NCBI GenBank assembly: GCA_026770705.1
Contig: JANJGN010000026.1
Coordinates: 37,386,001-37,450,000, forward strand
DNA from: Isurus oxyrinchus
Lineage: Eukaryota
Direction of reading: 5' to 3'
DNA: 64,000 nt
Within the stretch, counting starts at the first letter, position 1, and each line of letters opens with the position of its first letter. Shown piece by piece: positions 12,481 through 26,260 of the stretch. The position numbers and the translations under genes are program-made. The notes below the pieces were generated by a model. The model saw only the letters and a program-made list of their open reading frames with translations, did not search any database and was not told the origin of the DNA.

Positions 12481-12519
12481 TGTTCTTGTTCGGGTCCAGC
12501 CCTGGTTCCTCTCGCTGTG
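12481..12519 (-). other. VH 3' 23-RSS
   Basis: Heptamer CACAGCG (12519-12513), 23-nt spacer, nonamer ACAAGAACA (12489-12481). Confidence 0.9.
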
Positions 12520-12824
12520 GTCTGCTGCACAGTAATAGATGGCGGTGTCTTCAGTCTTCAGGTTCGTCATGTCCAAGGAGAAGATGTTTCTTGAAGTGTC
12601 TTTGGACGCAGTAAATCGATCTTCAATTGCTGGGGCATAGTTGTTGATGGATGAACTATAGTAGCTAACCAACCACTCCAGCCCCTGTCCGGGAACCTGT
12701 CGGACCCAACACATGAAGTTGCTGCCAAGATCGAAGCCGCTGGTTTTACAGGTCAGTCTCAGGGAGCCTCCGAGACGCCCAGTCTCTGCCTCAGGCTGAG
12801 TCAACACAACATCCGACTGGACAC
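12520..12824 (-). CDS. IGHV: Intact shark IgM-type VH exon
   Basis: Open frame [101 protein letters not shown]: both canonical Cys, WVRQ.PGQGLEW and DTAIYYC, typical of elasmobranch IgM VH. Confidence 0.97.
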
Positions 12825-12958
12825 CTGTAAAAATATATCAAAAACCCCGAGGATTAATCCTGTTGAAAGGATTCCAGGCTCTGTAACATTCCAGAGAGAG
12901 AGAGAGATTAACACTGAGACAGTAACAGTGAGAGATTTGGGGAATAAAAACTACTCAC

Positions 12959-13004
12959 GGGATAAGATAGTCAGTAACAAAATGAGAGAAATCGCCGACC
13001 TCAT
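12959..13004 (-). CDS. IGHV: IgH V leader exon (MRSAISLILLLTILS + phase-1 C)
   Basis: ATG at 13004, 46-nt hydrophobic exon, donor GTGAGT at 12958; 134-nt intron to acceptor TTTTACAG; splices in frame to the V exon (..LSRVQS/DVVL). Confidence 0.93.
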
Positions 13005-13094
13005 CCTTCTGGTCATTTGGGGAAAATGGTTCTGTCCAGAACTCAGTGAACAAACCAGCTCCCGGACTGTTGGATTCCGGCCCCAGTGAGCGGC

Positions 13095-13143
13095 ATTTAA
13101 ATACCCGGCAGAAGGGGGCGGGTTTCCAGGCGCCGCCTGTTGA
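13095..13143 (-). promoter_or_regulatory. VH proximal promoter: TATA-like TATTTAAAT, GC box and CTCF-like motif
   Basis: TATTTAAAT about 90 nt upstream of the ATG (13103-13095); GGGGGCGGG at 13114-22; TCAACAGGCGGCGCC at 13143-13129. No perfect octamer nearby; one-mismatch ATGTAAAT at 13219-13212. Confidence 0.55.
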
Positions 13144-14839
13144 TTCTCTGGTGGAGGCGGCGAGTGGATCCACACACCACCTCCCACATCCCCAACAGAA
13201 TGGACTCAGATATTTACATTAGGTTATTGTTAAAAGTGGACATTTTATCTGTATCGGGATATTTGGCTGAATGGATTTATTGTAATTGGCTCTAATGGTG
13301 AAATTCCAGTTGAACATCTGTTAATAAAAAAACTAATTCCATTGTAAATTAAGTCCATTTATGTCTACACTACCTCACATAAGATGGAACCTAAAAAATT
13401 AAATTATATTATCAGGGAATAAAGGGACTGTCAGCCTGTTTTGCAGCAACTCTGGGTCTCTATATTACTACACAATAAAGTGTCATCAGTCATAGGAATT
13501 ATTATTGATTTGTGTAACTAAATGCGGCGGATGAACAAGGTGATTTTATTTACAGCCAGGGTGGCTATCGCTGTACAATTTGGGTTCGGAGATAAGAAGA
13601 ATCTCCTCACATTATACAATGTAGCTCCTTGCATTTCTCTAACTGCCCCTGACCCTATGACAGCCCTGTGAAAATTAGCGGAAAAAGAATCCCGCCAGCC
13701 TGATAATTAAACAGTGAGTTGACAGAGAAACGTAAAATTTACATCAGCTTTTGACAGAGAAGTTAATGAATCAGAACGGACACGGAGATGAGAAAAGTTA
13801 TCCTTCAGCATCCAAATCATTGCAGCTAATTTCATTGGCCTCTCGCTGTCTACCATTCACTGGTGTTGGGAACACAGGATATCAGGACTTTGCGGCATAT
13901 TACAACTGTACAGTACACGGTGCTAATCAGGTATTAGAGATTCTTCAGGTTAAATGAGGTGCACACTCAGAATATTCAAGGATTTCCTGCGGGTTCAAGA
14001 CAAATCTGCGATTTTCTTTTAATTTAATTTCTTGTAATTTTTTGCCACTCTACTCATCTCATTCGACTGGTGAGGTCGGCGAGTGGAGGGGTGGGGGTGG
14101 GGGTGGTGCGGTGGGTGGGGGTGTTGGGACCATCAACATCGCTCTCTCGCTCTTCATGGAGTCCTTAATAAACCGGCTTTAATAACTGGAATGCCCTTTA
14201 CTTAGAAATAACTTAAATTAAATAGTATATGGTCAATTTCCTGATCGTGTTTAATCTCACAGTGAATACGGCATTCATCAAATATTTCCTTCGATGAAAT
14301 ACCATTTAAAAAGTGCTTTTCGTGTGTGTCTGATACATTTATTGTTTGAATGGCTAAATCCCATTTTCTTCATTCGTATCCAGGCTAATATGCCCCACAT
14401 AGTATTTGGCATCAAGCCAGCCGGCTGCACTCAGGGAGGCTCGAATGTCCAATGTTGTTTACAGGAAGCATCTGCGGGGTTGTGCAGTAAATGAAAGATC
14501 TGTTTCCTCAGCACTGACCGCTTGGCTGCAAGTCAACTTCAAACCCTTCACATTGTCAACAAGGCCTATTTATAACAAATCTACCCAGCAACAGCACTGG
14601 AGTCAGTTTTTTTTAAGTGAACCTATGTGAACTGTTCCAATCCCTCAGGAAAGAAAAGTTATCCAGCTTCCCTGACACCCTGTTAGCATCAATAGCTCAT
14701 TGGAGGATCTCTCCAACACATCATAATATTGTGATGGATGGATGGATAGATGGAAAGAATTGCAGGCAGATTATCAGAGAGGACTCAGAGAGAGGCTACA
14801 TTTTGTTACAGTCAAACATATAAATCTGTGTGATTTTTT

Positions 14840-15240
14840 TTGCGTCTTTACTCTTTCAAGGGATTTGGGAATCACTGGCAAGGCCAGCATTTGTTGCCTG
14901 TCCCTAATTGCCTTTGAGCTGAGTGCCTGGCTAGGCCACTTCAAAGGGCAGTTGGCATCGACCATATTGCTGTGGATCTGGAGTCACATGTAGGCCAGAC
15001 TAGGTCCAGTGGCAGATTTCGTTTCCTAAAGGACATTAGTGAACCAGATGAGTTTTTTCCACAATCGATGATAGCTTCACGGTTCCCTTCACTGAGACCA
15101 GTTTTCAATCCTAGGTTTATTGTTGAATTTAATTTCCACCAGCTGCCATGGTGGGATTTGAATTTGTGTCCCCAGGAGAATAGCTTGGGTCTCTGGGTCC
15201 AGTGACAGGAATACAACACCACCGTCTGCCAAAGAATGGA
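14840..15240 (-). mobile_element. tRNA-derived SINE plus adjoining repeat sequence
   Basis: Minus strand GGTGTTGTATTCCTGTCACTGGACCCAGAGACCCAAGC..CACAAATTCAAATCCCACCATGGCAGCTGGTGGAAATT; second copy at ~45570-45820. Confidence 0.65.
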
Positions 15241-17489
15241 GGGATGGCTACAGTGATGCGGGAATGAATGGTAGTTGGATGCCTGAACATTTTCATTAAG
15301 GGATCAGTGAATGAACTGATCGATAGGCGCGTCTGGAAGATGCTGTTCTACCTTCTCATCTTGATACTTGACTATTTCATACCTTGAAGCAGGTCCAGTT
15401 TTTCATTTGTATCAGTCTAATACCTTCAGTCTCCCCAGATTTTCTGGATGTATTCCATCCTCAGGTTAACAAGCTGAACTTCACCAAGAGAAGGATGGAG
15501 ATGTCCCTGAGGTACTGATGAATCTTCCCTGCTGATGGGGAATCATCACCTTTCAGACAGAAAGCGGGTACATAATTCAGTTTAGGACGGAGGATTGTAA
15601 TATTTGGAAGATGTGGTACTTCCATGTAAAACAAAGCATTCAACATACCCTCACCCAAATTAGCGAAGGTAACAGACATTACTCACTCTCCCGCTGAATG
15701 CGATGTGGTATTACATCTGGGGAAGTGGATTCTTGAAACAATAATTTCAAAGATCTAAAAACAGAGAGATAAAAACAAAAAAACTCCGGATTGAGTTCTG
15801 CTGAAGGGTCATGAGGTCCAGCATAACCTTCTTGTTCTTGTATTCTATGCCTCGGTTAAAAAAGACAAGTCTCCAATATGCCTCCTTAACCGCCTCACCT
15901 ACTTGCCCTGCTACCTTCAGGGATCTGTGGATGTGCACACCAAGGTGTGAGTGAGGGATATTCTGGTCCATGAGATTACAGGTTGTGATTGAATGCAATT
16001 ATTCAGCTGCTGATGGCCACCAGCATTTGACTGGTGCCAAGTTTTGAGCTGCTGGATCTGTTCTGAATGTATCCCATTTAGCATTGCGGTAGTGCCGAAC
16101 AACACAATGGGGAATGTGCTCAGTGTGAATACCGGCCTTGGTTTCTGCAAGAATAGTGCAGGGGTCAATCTCACTTATATCGACAGTTTGAAGGGCCGGA
16201 GATTAGGTAGGGTTTTCTCTCGTGTTGACTCCCTCACCATCTGTGACAGGTCCAGCCTGGCAGATACATCATTCAGGACTCATCCAGCTCTGTCACTAGT
16301 GGTCTTGTCAAATGGTAATTGACTTTGCAAACCCACAACACACTCATTACCCTTGCTACCCTCAGTGTTTCTTCCAAGCAGCGCTAAAGATGAAAGAGTA
16401 GAGATTCATCAGCTAAGGAGGGCAATAGGTGTTAATGACCAGGAGGTATCTCCACCCATATCTTTTCTGGTTCTGTGGGATTTCAGGACACCTGGTGTCA
16501 ATATTGCTGAACTCCACCACCTCTGTTCATATTACACTGGGTCTGTCTCATTGTTACTGCTCTGGTCCATGTTTCTATAACACTAGAGTCTGTCTCAGTT
16601 ATTTATGTAATTGCCCTCTGTTTATATTACATTTGTATATTCCCTTGCTTTATTGCACTAGACCCTGGAAATAGGAGTTAAATGTTTTAATTTAAATAGC
16701 TGCAAGATAAGAGAGATCTGTGGCTTATGAACACAAATCTGGGATGCAGGGATGGTAAGTCACGACTTCTTAATAGGCACCCATGATAATTGTTTTCTAA
16801 AGATTTTTTGAATTATTCATGTTCTCACCATCTTGCTGCCTGATCATCACCATTTCCACCCCAACCAATTTCCACATTATTGGGCTTGTGCAGTGCAGTA
16901 ATAACTGAGGCAGGATCTAATGGAATTTAAATGCAAACATGATCGAGCGCGGAACTGAGGCAACGCCTATTTCAATACAGAGACATGTCAATTATAATAT
17001 AAAGAGACAAGGCCTTGTTTAATAGAAGCAAAAACAGGATCTAGAGTAATATAAACAGACGCAGGGTCCTATGTAATATAAACAGAGGCAGCGTCTAGTG
17101 TATTATAAACACAGACGAGTTTTAGTTTAATATAAACAGGGACAGCGTCTAGTGCAGTATAAACAGAGATCGCATCAAATGCAATATAAACATAGACAGA
17201 GTTCTGTTGAAGAGACATACGGACTCGAAACGTTTACTGTATTCATCTCCGCAGATGCTGTCAGACCTGCTGAGTTTTTCAAGGTATTTTTATTTTTGTT
17301 TTTGTTTTGGATTTCCAACCCCCTCAGTTTTTTGCTTTGAAAAAACAGAGACATGTCGAGTGTAATATAAACAGAACATGCCAAGCGTAATATAAACTGA
17401 GTCAGGGCTTAGTGTAATGCAAACAGAGACAGGGTCTAGTGTAATATTACCACGGACGGGGTCACGGTCGAGAGCAATATTGACACCGG

Positions 17490-18000
17490 GCCTACTGTCC
17501 CATCAAACACTCCCAGGACAGGTGCAGCATGGGACGCGGCACAGAATTTAAAGCTCCCTCTACATTGCCACATTAAATACTCCCAGGGAAGGCCCAGCAC
17601 TGGTAAAATGCGGTTAGACACGGTCTAGTGTAATGCAGAGACAGGACCTGCGGCTCCATTATACACTCCCATGTCAAGTGTAGCATGGGACTACATTAAT
17701 AATATAAAACTCGCTCCACATTGCCACATGAAAAACTCCCAAGGTAGGTATAGCACGGGTTAGATTCAGAGTGAAACTGTCCCAGTCTACACCGTCCCAT
17801 CAAACACTCCAAAGGCAGGGACAGCACAGGTTAGAAACAGGGAAAGATCCTTCGGCATTGCGACATCAAATCCTCGCTACGGGTGCAACACAGGTTAGAT
17901 ACAGAGCAAATTTTCATCTGCAGTTTCCCATCAAGCACTCTCAGGTCAGTGAATGCTCAAAACACATTTAGAGCAAAGTTCCCTCTACGGATTCTAATCC
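17490..18000 (+). repeat. ~65-bp tandem repeat (AAAGCTCCCTCTACACTGTCCCATCAAACACTCCCAGG..CAGCACGGGTTAGATACAGAG)
   Basis: About 7 diverged units; a related patch lies at ~7200-7310. Confidence 0.75.
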
Positions 18001-18805
18001 ATTTCATTTGATCCATTTACTTTGAAGTGTATGAAGCGGGCTGAGAGAATATAATGGCAAGACATTGACTTCATGTGGAGTAAAGACAATGAACCATGCT
18101 GGAGAGACAAGACACAGAACTGGATAAGAGAAAGAGACGGAGAGAGAGAGGGTACAGGACATCCCTACAAACAGTTTTGCCATGTCATAATATTTCATGA
18201 TAAGTGGGAATCTTTCTTAATTCTGAACATAGATATCATCGTGACATAATTCTCATATAACTGATTTAAAAATTGCGCAAAAAACAATTGCTACTGGAAT
18301 CGGTTGATGTATTTGCATGTCTGACTCTATTTCTGTGCTGTGTTGGTGGGGAAATATTTGTTGTGTTTTTTTCTCTCAGTTATCCAATCTGGGGCTTCTA
18401 TTTCTGTGTTTATTTACATAAACGCCTCACTGGTTTCAATGAAGTGTTCATGGCAGCAAAACCAGATAAACACAGACACTTGTTGATTGGTTTCAACTCA
18501 AGACAAGGGTTTATTTTAAGAATATTGACTGTTGAGACAAAATGAATGGAAACTTTTTCAATATCCAAAGCACATGTTATTTATTTCAATAAATAAAAAT
18601 ACATTTAACTTAAGAAATTAATTCCAGAAGTTCTACTTTCACAATCTTTGAACAGGCTGGGATTCCACTGAATGTCAATTTGATTGAAGATTTAACCCAT
18701 TTAAGCTGGACAAGTTAAAACGGCAGCCAGAGGAGTGACCTACAATCATATTAATCTCTGAGTTTTCAACATATCGCAACTAGCATTTTAAAATGTTAAT
18801 GTTTA

Positions 18806-19090
18806 GAAAGAATTTGCATTTAGAGAACGCTGCTCACGACCCCAAGGACGTCCTAAAGCCCTTAAAACTCGTTGATGTAGTTTTGTTGAAATTTAGACAC
18901 TACTGTAATGTTGGAAATGCATCCGGTGATTTGTGCACAGCAAGCTCCCACCAATAGAGCTGTGAAAAATTACCAGATAATATATGATTTTAGTTGAAGA
19001 GTGAATATTGGTCTCGGATAGTGAGAAGAACAGTCCTGCTCTCAAGAATGGTACCAAGGGAGATTTTGCACCTGCCATCGACCTGAAAAT
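18806..19090 (-). mobile_element. Deu-domain SINE (SacSINE1-like) fragment
   Basis: Minus strand ..GGTGGGAGCTTGCTGTGCACAAAT..ACAGTAGTGTCT..GGACGTCCTTGGGGTCGTGAGCAGCG..TAAATGCAAAT; another copy at ~59735-60005. Confidence 0.6.
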
Positions 19091-19224
19091 TTGATCTGTT
19101 TCTCTCCGAACTGATGCCCACAGGCCTGCTGAATATTTTTTTTTTGTTTTGCTTTAGATTTCCAGAATCTGCAGTATTTTGCAGTGCTTTAATTCGTTCT
19201 TGGGATATGGGTGCCACTGATAAA

Positions 19225-22200
19225 GTAATTCTTGCACTTGGCACTGTCTCACTTTATATTAGTCCAGATCATACATCAGTAATCACTGCACCACACCCTG
19301 CCTCAGCTTATGTTGACCTAAAGCCTGTGTCAGTAATCAATGCACTTGGCCCTGTCTCAGTTTCTATTAATCTAGACCTTGTATCAGTAATCACTGCGCT
19401 ATGCACTGCCTCAGTTTATATAAATCTAAGCCCTATGTCAGTAATCACTGCACTGGACCTTGTCTCAGCTTATAAAAATCTAGATGCTGCATTAGTAATC
19501 AGTGCACTAGACCCTTTCTCATTAAAAATTAATATAGTCCCTTTGTCAGTAATAACTCACTAGATCCTGTCTCAGTTTATATTAATCTTGGTCCTGGATC
19601 AGTAATCACAATGCTAGACCCTGTCACAGTTTTTATCAATCTAGACCCTTTATCAGTAATCACAGCACTAGAGCCTGTCCAGGTTATATTAACCTAGACT
19701 TGCATCAGTAATCACTGCACAATGCACTGCCTCAGTTTATATCAATTTAGACCCTACATCAGTTATCACTGCACTAGACCCTGTCTCAGTTTATATTAAT
19801 CTAGACCTGTAACCATGCACAATGCCCTGCTGCAGTTTCTATTAACCCAGACCCTGTATCAGTAATTGCTGCACTTGGACCTGTATTAGTTTATATTAAT
19901 GTAGATCCTGTGTCAGTATTCACTACACTAGAGCCTGTCCAGGTTATATTAATTTAGATCTGTATCAGTAATCACTGCACTAGGCCCTGTCTCCATTTTT
20001 ATCAACCTAGACCATGTATCAGTAATCTCTGAAATGGACACTGTCTCAGTTTATATGGATCCAGGCCCTGTCACAGTAATCACTGCACCAGGCCCTGTCT
20101 CAGTTTATCATAATCTGGAGCCTGTATCAGTAATCACTACACTAGACCTTGTCTCAGTTAATATCTTGAGATCCTGTATCAGTAATCACTGCACTTGGTC
20201 CTCTTTCAGTTTCTATTAACCTAGATGCTGTATCAGTAATCACTGCATTATGCTCTACCTCAGTTTATATCAATCTAAATCCTATGTCAGTAATCACTGC
20301 ACTGGGCCCAGTCTCAGTTCATATTAACCTAGGCCCTGTATAAGTAATCAGTGCACTAGGCCCTGTCTCAAATAATATTGAGCAGTTATAATATGTATCA
20401 GTTATCTCTGCACTCGAACCTATCTCTGTTTATATTAGTCTAGATCCTGTATCACTAAATACAGCACTGGAACCTATCTCAGTTTCCATTAATCTAGGCT
20501 ATGTATCAGTAATCACTGCATTTGACAGTGTATCAGCTTGCATTGATCGAGACCCTGTATCTATAATCACTGCAATGGACACTGTCTTAATTTATATTGA
20601 TCTAGGTCCTGTGTCAGTAATCACTGCACTAGCCCATGTCCTAATGTATCTTTATCTGGGCCCTGCATCAGTAGCCACTGCACAATGGCCTGCCTCAGTT
20701 TATTTCAACCTAGACCCTGTATCATTAATCACTACAGAAGACCATCTTTCATTTTATATTAATCAAGACTCTGGATAAGCAATCACTGCCCTAGGCCCTG
20801 ACTCAGTTTATATTAATCTAGACCTGTATCAGTAATCACGACACTTGCCCCTGTCTCTGTTAATATTGATCTAGACACTGTATCAGTTATCTCTGCAAAA
20901 TAGCCTGCCTCAGTTTATATTAGTGAAGGCCCTGTATCGGTAATCATTGCCCTAGGTCCTGTCTTTGTTTATCTTAACCTAGAGCCTATATCAGTAATCA
21001 CTGCACTTGCCTCTTTCTCCGTTGGTATTAATCTCAACTTTGTATCAGTAATCACTGCACTATGCACTGCCTCAGTTTATATCAATCTAAACCCAATGTC
21101 AGTATTCACTGCACTTGCCCCTGCCTTAGTTTATATTAGTTCAGGCCATGTATCAGTAATCACTGCCCCAGATCCTGTCCCAGTTTGTATTAATCTAATC
21201 CCTGTATCAATATTCACTATGCTATGCCCTGCCCCAGTTTATATAAATCTAGACCCTGTATCAGTAATCATTGCACTTTGCCCTGTCTCAGTTTCTATTA
21301 ATCTAGGCCCTGTATCAGTAATCATTGCACCATGCCCTGCCTCAGTTTATATAAATCGAGATCCTGTATCGTTAATCACTGCGCTTGGCCCTGTATCAGT
21401 TTATGTTAATCAAGATCCTGTGTCAGTAATCACTGCACTAGACCCTTTCTAGGTTATATTAATCTAGACCCTGTATCAGTAATCATTGCACTATGCCCTG
21501 CCTCAGTTTTTATCACCTACAGCCTGTATCAGGAATCATTTTACTGGACACTGTCAGTTTATATTGATCTAGACCCTGTGCCAGTAATCACTGCACTGGC
21601 CACAGCCTCAGTTTATATTCATCCAGGCCCTGTATCAGTAATCACTGAAATAGAGCCTGTCTCAGTTTATATTAATGAACACACTGTCTTAGTAATCACT
21701 GCACCAGGCCCTGTCTTAGTTTCTAGTAATCTAGAGCCTTTATCAGTGATCACTGCTCTATGCTCCGTCTCAGTTTATATCAATCTAGGCCCTATGTTAG
21801 TAATCACTGCACCAGGCCCTTTCTCAGTTTATGTTAATCTAGAACCTATACCAGTAATCAGTGCACAAGGCCCTGTATCAGTTAATATTGATCTGGGCCT
21901 TATATCAGTTATCTCTTCACTCAAGCCTGTCTCAGTTTATATTAGTCTAGACCCTGTATCAGTAATCACTGCAATAGATACTTTATCAGTTTGCATTGTT
22001 TGAGACCCTGTGTTAAAAATCACTGCAATGGACACTGTCTCAGTTTATATTGACCTAGACCCTGTATCAGTAATCACTGCATTAGGCCCTGCCTCAGTTT
22101 ATATTAACCTAGAGCTTGTATCAGCATTCATTGCACTGGGTCCTGTCTCAGTTCATGTTAATCGAGACGCTTTATCAGTAATCACTGCATGAGACCCTGT

Positions 22201-24850
22201 CTCTGTTTATATTAATCAAGGCCCTGTTTCAATAATCACTGCACTAGTACTATCCTAGTTTATATTTATACAGGCCCTATATCAGTATTCACTGCACAAT
22301 GCCCTGTTTAAGCTCATATTAACCTCGACCCTGCATGAGTAATCAGTGCACGAGACCCTATCTCAGTTAATATTGATCTAGGCCCTGTATCAGTTATCTC
22401 TTCACTCTAGCCTGTCTCAGTTGAAATTAGTCTAGATCCTGTATCAGTAATCATGGCACTAGGCCCTGCCTCCGTTTATATCAACCTAGACCCTGTATAT
22501 GTAATCATTGCAATAGACACTGTATCAGTTTGCATTGATCTAGATCCTGTAACAGTAATCACTGCACAATCTGCTGTCTCAGTTTTTATCAATCTAGACC
22601 CTGTATCAGTAAATCAGTGCACTAGACCCTGTCTCAGTTAGTGTTGATCATGACCCTGTATCAGTTATCTCTGCACTAGAGCCTGTCTCAGTTTATATTA
22701 ATCTAGTCCCTGTATCACTAATTACTGCACTAGAACCTGCCTCAGTTTATGTTAATCTAGACCCTGTATCAGTAATCACCACACGAGACCCTATCTCACT
22801 TATGCTAATTTTGACCCTGTATCAGTAATCAGTGCACCAGACCCTATCTCAGTTTAAATTGATCTAGACCCTGTATGATTAACCACTGCAATAGACCCTA
22901 TTTAAGTCTGTATTAATCTAGACCGGGTTTCAATAATCATTGCAATAGACCCTGTCTTAGTTTATATTAATCAAGACACTGTAACAGTAATCACTGCACT
23001 ATACGCTGGCTCAGGTTAACTTAATCTAGACCCAATATCAGTAATCACTGCAGCAGATTCTGTCTCAATTTATGCTAAGTTAGACCGTGTATCAGTCATC
23101 ACTGCATTAGCCCCTGTCCTATTTTACATTTATCTGGGCCATGTATCAGTAATAACTGTACTATGGCCTGCCTCAGTTTACATCAACCTAGGCCCTGTAA
23201 CAGTAATCAATGTGGTAGAACCTCTATCGTTTTATATGTATCAAGACCCTGTATCAGAAATCACTGCATTAGACCCTAACTCAGTTTATATTGATATAGA
23301 TCCTGTATCTGTAATTACTACACTATGGACTGCCTCAGATTATATCAACCTAGATGCTGTATGAGTAATCACTGCACTAGACCTTGTATCAGTTTATATT
23401 AATCAAGAGCCTGTACCAGTAATCGCTGCACTAGACCCTGTCTCAATTTTTATCAATTCTAGACCCTGTAGCAGTAATCGCTGCAGTAGAGCCTGTCTCA
23501 CTTCATATTAATATAGAGCCTGTGTCAGAAATCACTGCACTAGGCATTGAATCTGTTTATATTAATCTAGACACTGTATCAGTATTCACTGCACTGGACC
23601 CCGTCTCAGTTTTTATTAGTCCAGACCCTGTTACAGGATTGACAGCACGAGATAATGCCTCAGTTTATATTATTAAAGACCCTGTATCAGTAGTCACTGC
23701 ACTAGAATCTCTTTCTCAGTTTATATTAGTCTAGACCCTATATTAGTAATTACTGCACTTGGCTCTCTCAATTTATATTAATCTGGATCCTGTATCTGTC
23801 ATCACTGCACCAGACCCTGTCTCACTTATGTTAATTTTGACCCTGTGACAGTAATCAGTGCATTAGACTCTGTCTCGGTTTACATTGATATAGACTCTGT
23901 ATCAGTAATCACGGCACTTGACGCTGTCTCCGTTTATATTAATCTGTTATGTTAATTAATATTGTATCAGTAAATGCTGCACTAGACCTTGCCTCACATT
24001 AACTTGGTCTAGACGCTGTATCAGTAATCACTGCACTATGGCCTGCCTCAGTTCATGTCGATCCAGACCCTGTATCAGTAATCACTGCATTAGACACTTT
24101 CTCAGTTTATGCTGATCTAGACCCTGTATAAGTAATCAGTGCACTAGACCCTGTCTCAGTTAATAGTAAGGTGGAACTCATATCCATTATTTCTGCACTG
24201 GAGCCTTGCTCAGTTTATATTTGTCTAGTCCTTGTATCACTACTTAAAGCACAAGAACCTGCTTTAATTAATATTAATCCAGAGCCTGTGTCAGTAATTA
24301 CAGAACTAGACCCTATGTCAGTTTATATTGGTATGGACCTGTATCAATAATCACTGCAATGTACACTGTCTCAGTTCTTATTGATCGACACCCAGTACAC
24401 CCTGTATCAGTAATCACTGCACTTGACCCTGCCTCAGTTTATTTTACTCTAGACATTGTTTCAATAATCACTGTACTAGGCCTTGTCTCAGTTTATTTTA
24501 ATTCAGACCTTGTATCAGCAATCACTACAGTAGACCCTATCTCAGTTCATATTGATATCGACCCTGTAACAGTTACCATTGCAATGGACACTGTCCCAGC
24601 TTATGTGATCTACATCTTGTATCAGTAATCACTGTCCCATCACTTGTCCTAGTTTATATTAATCTCAGTCCTGTATCAGCAATCACTGCACTATGCCTTC
24701 CCACAGTTTGTATCAATCTTGATCCTATATCAATAATCACTGCACTATGCCCTGCCTCAGTTTATATCAATCTAGACCTGTATGAGTAATCACTGCACTA
24801 GCCCTTGTCTTAGTTTATGTTAACCTAGACCCTCTATCAGTAATCACTGA
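19225..24850 (+). repeat. ~5.6 kb minisatellite of 27-bp monomers alternating as a 54-bp dimer
   Basis: A: CCTGTATCAGTAATCACTGCACTAGAC; B: CCTGTCTCAGTTTATATTAATCTAGAC; roughly 200 diverged monomers by length/27. Confidence 0.95.
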
Positions 24851-24884
24851 AAAGGCATTTTCTTAATTTATACCAAAAGGGATA

Positions 24885-26260
24885 AAAGCAAAATGCTGCA
24901 GATGCTGGAAGTTTGAAAGAAAAGCATAAAATGATGGCAAATCTCAGCAGGTCTGACAGCACCTGTGGCGAGAGAAGCAGAGTTAACGCTTAAAGACCCT
25001 ATGGTTCTTCCTCAGAGCTAAAGAACAATGGAAGCGTGACAAACTTAATACAGCTAAACGGGGTGGAGCAGGTGAGGCTTTATAGAATGCAGGCAATAGG
25101 AGGGTGTAAGGTGATGCTACAAACATATCATGGGCAAAATACAAAGGGAGTGTTAATGGTAGTGGTAAGGCTAAAGTAGGCGCTGACAGTGACATAAAGG
25201 TAAGAGAGCAGAATGTTTTAATAGCAGAACCAGAGTCAACACACTGTGCAAGAATAACATGGAATAAGTAACAGAAGACTCTTTGGTGGGGTGGTGGGGG
25301 TGGGGTGGGGGGTCGGTGGGGGGGTTGTTGGTTGGTGGAGGGGCGATGGTTGGGGAAGAACTGTATGAAAAGGAACAAGAAAAGAGGGTAAAAGGAGCTA
25401 AATCAATTAATAAATGAATAAGGCTTTAAAGTGCATCATCAGAAGATGAGGTGCTGTTCTTCCAGTTTGTGTCGGGCTTCACTGGAACATTGCAGCTGGC
25501 CAAGGATGGACATGTGGTCATGAGAGCAGGGTGGTGTGTTGAAATGGCAAGAGACAAGAGGGTCTTGATCATGCTTGCGGACAAACCTAAGGTGTTCCAG
25601 AAAGTGCTCACCCAGTCTGTGTTTGGTGTCCCAATCTAGAGGCGACAGCATTGGGAGCAGCGAATGCAGTGGATCAAATTTAAGGAGGTGCAATTGAGCG
25701 GTGCTTCACCTGAAAGGAATGTTTGGGCCCTTGGACTGTGATGAGGGAGGACGTAAAGGGACAGGTGTGGCATCTTCTGTGATTGCATAGGAAGGTGCCA
25801 TGGGAAGGGGAAGAGGTATTGGGGGTGATGGAGGAGTAGGCCAGGGTGTCCTGAAGGGAGTGGTCACTACAGAATGCTGACAGTGGTGGAGGGGGGTGGG
25901 GTGGTGAGGGCAAGACGTGTTTGGTGTTGGCATCATGCTGGAGTTAGCAGAAATGGCGGAGGATGGTCCTTTGAATGCAGAGGCTGGTGGCGTGAAATGT
26001 GAGGACAAGGGAGATCCTATCATGGTTCTGGGCGGGAGAGGAAAGCATGAGCAGAGTGTCGTGTGAGCAGAGGAAAGTGTCGGCAGATGTGCCAGACACA
26101 GTTAACGGCCCTGTCATCCACAATGGGGTAAGCGGGGGGAGTGGAAACCTCGGTTAAGGAAGAAGGAAGACATGTCAGAAGTGACGATTTGAAAAGTGGC
26201 ATCGGACCAAATGTGAAGGAGGCTAAGCAACTGAGAGAATAGGATGGCGTTTTTCCAGAA
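24885..26260 (-). mobile_element. Penelope-like element, 5'-truncated
   Basis: GIY-YIG endonuclease remnants (KHSFQVK.., LGEHFLEHL..CHFNTPPCSHDHMSILG..EARHKLEEQHLIF) plus the family 3' tail. Confidence 0.85.

Noticed and set aside
13884-13922. DFAAYYNC followed by CACGGTG (V 3' end?)
   Set aside because: No nonamer at 12 or 23 nt, and no FR1-FR3 similarity upstream.
19114-24628. ORFs with PVSVITALD/PVSVYINLD 9-aa repeats (solenoid-like protein?) or a CRISPR-like array
   Set aside because: Frames are repeatedly broken by indels and stops, and a 27-bp unit keeps frame trivially. There are no unique spacers or cas genes, and the DNA is vertebrate.
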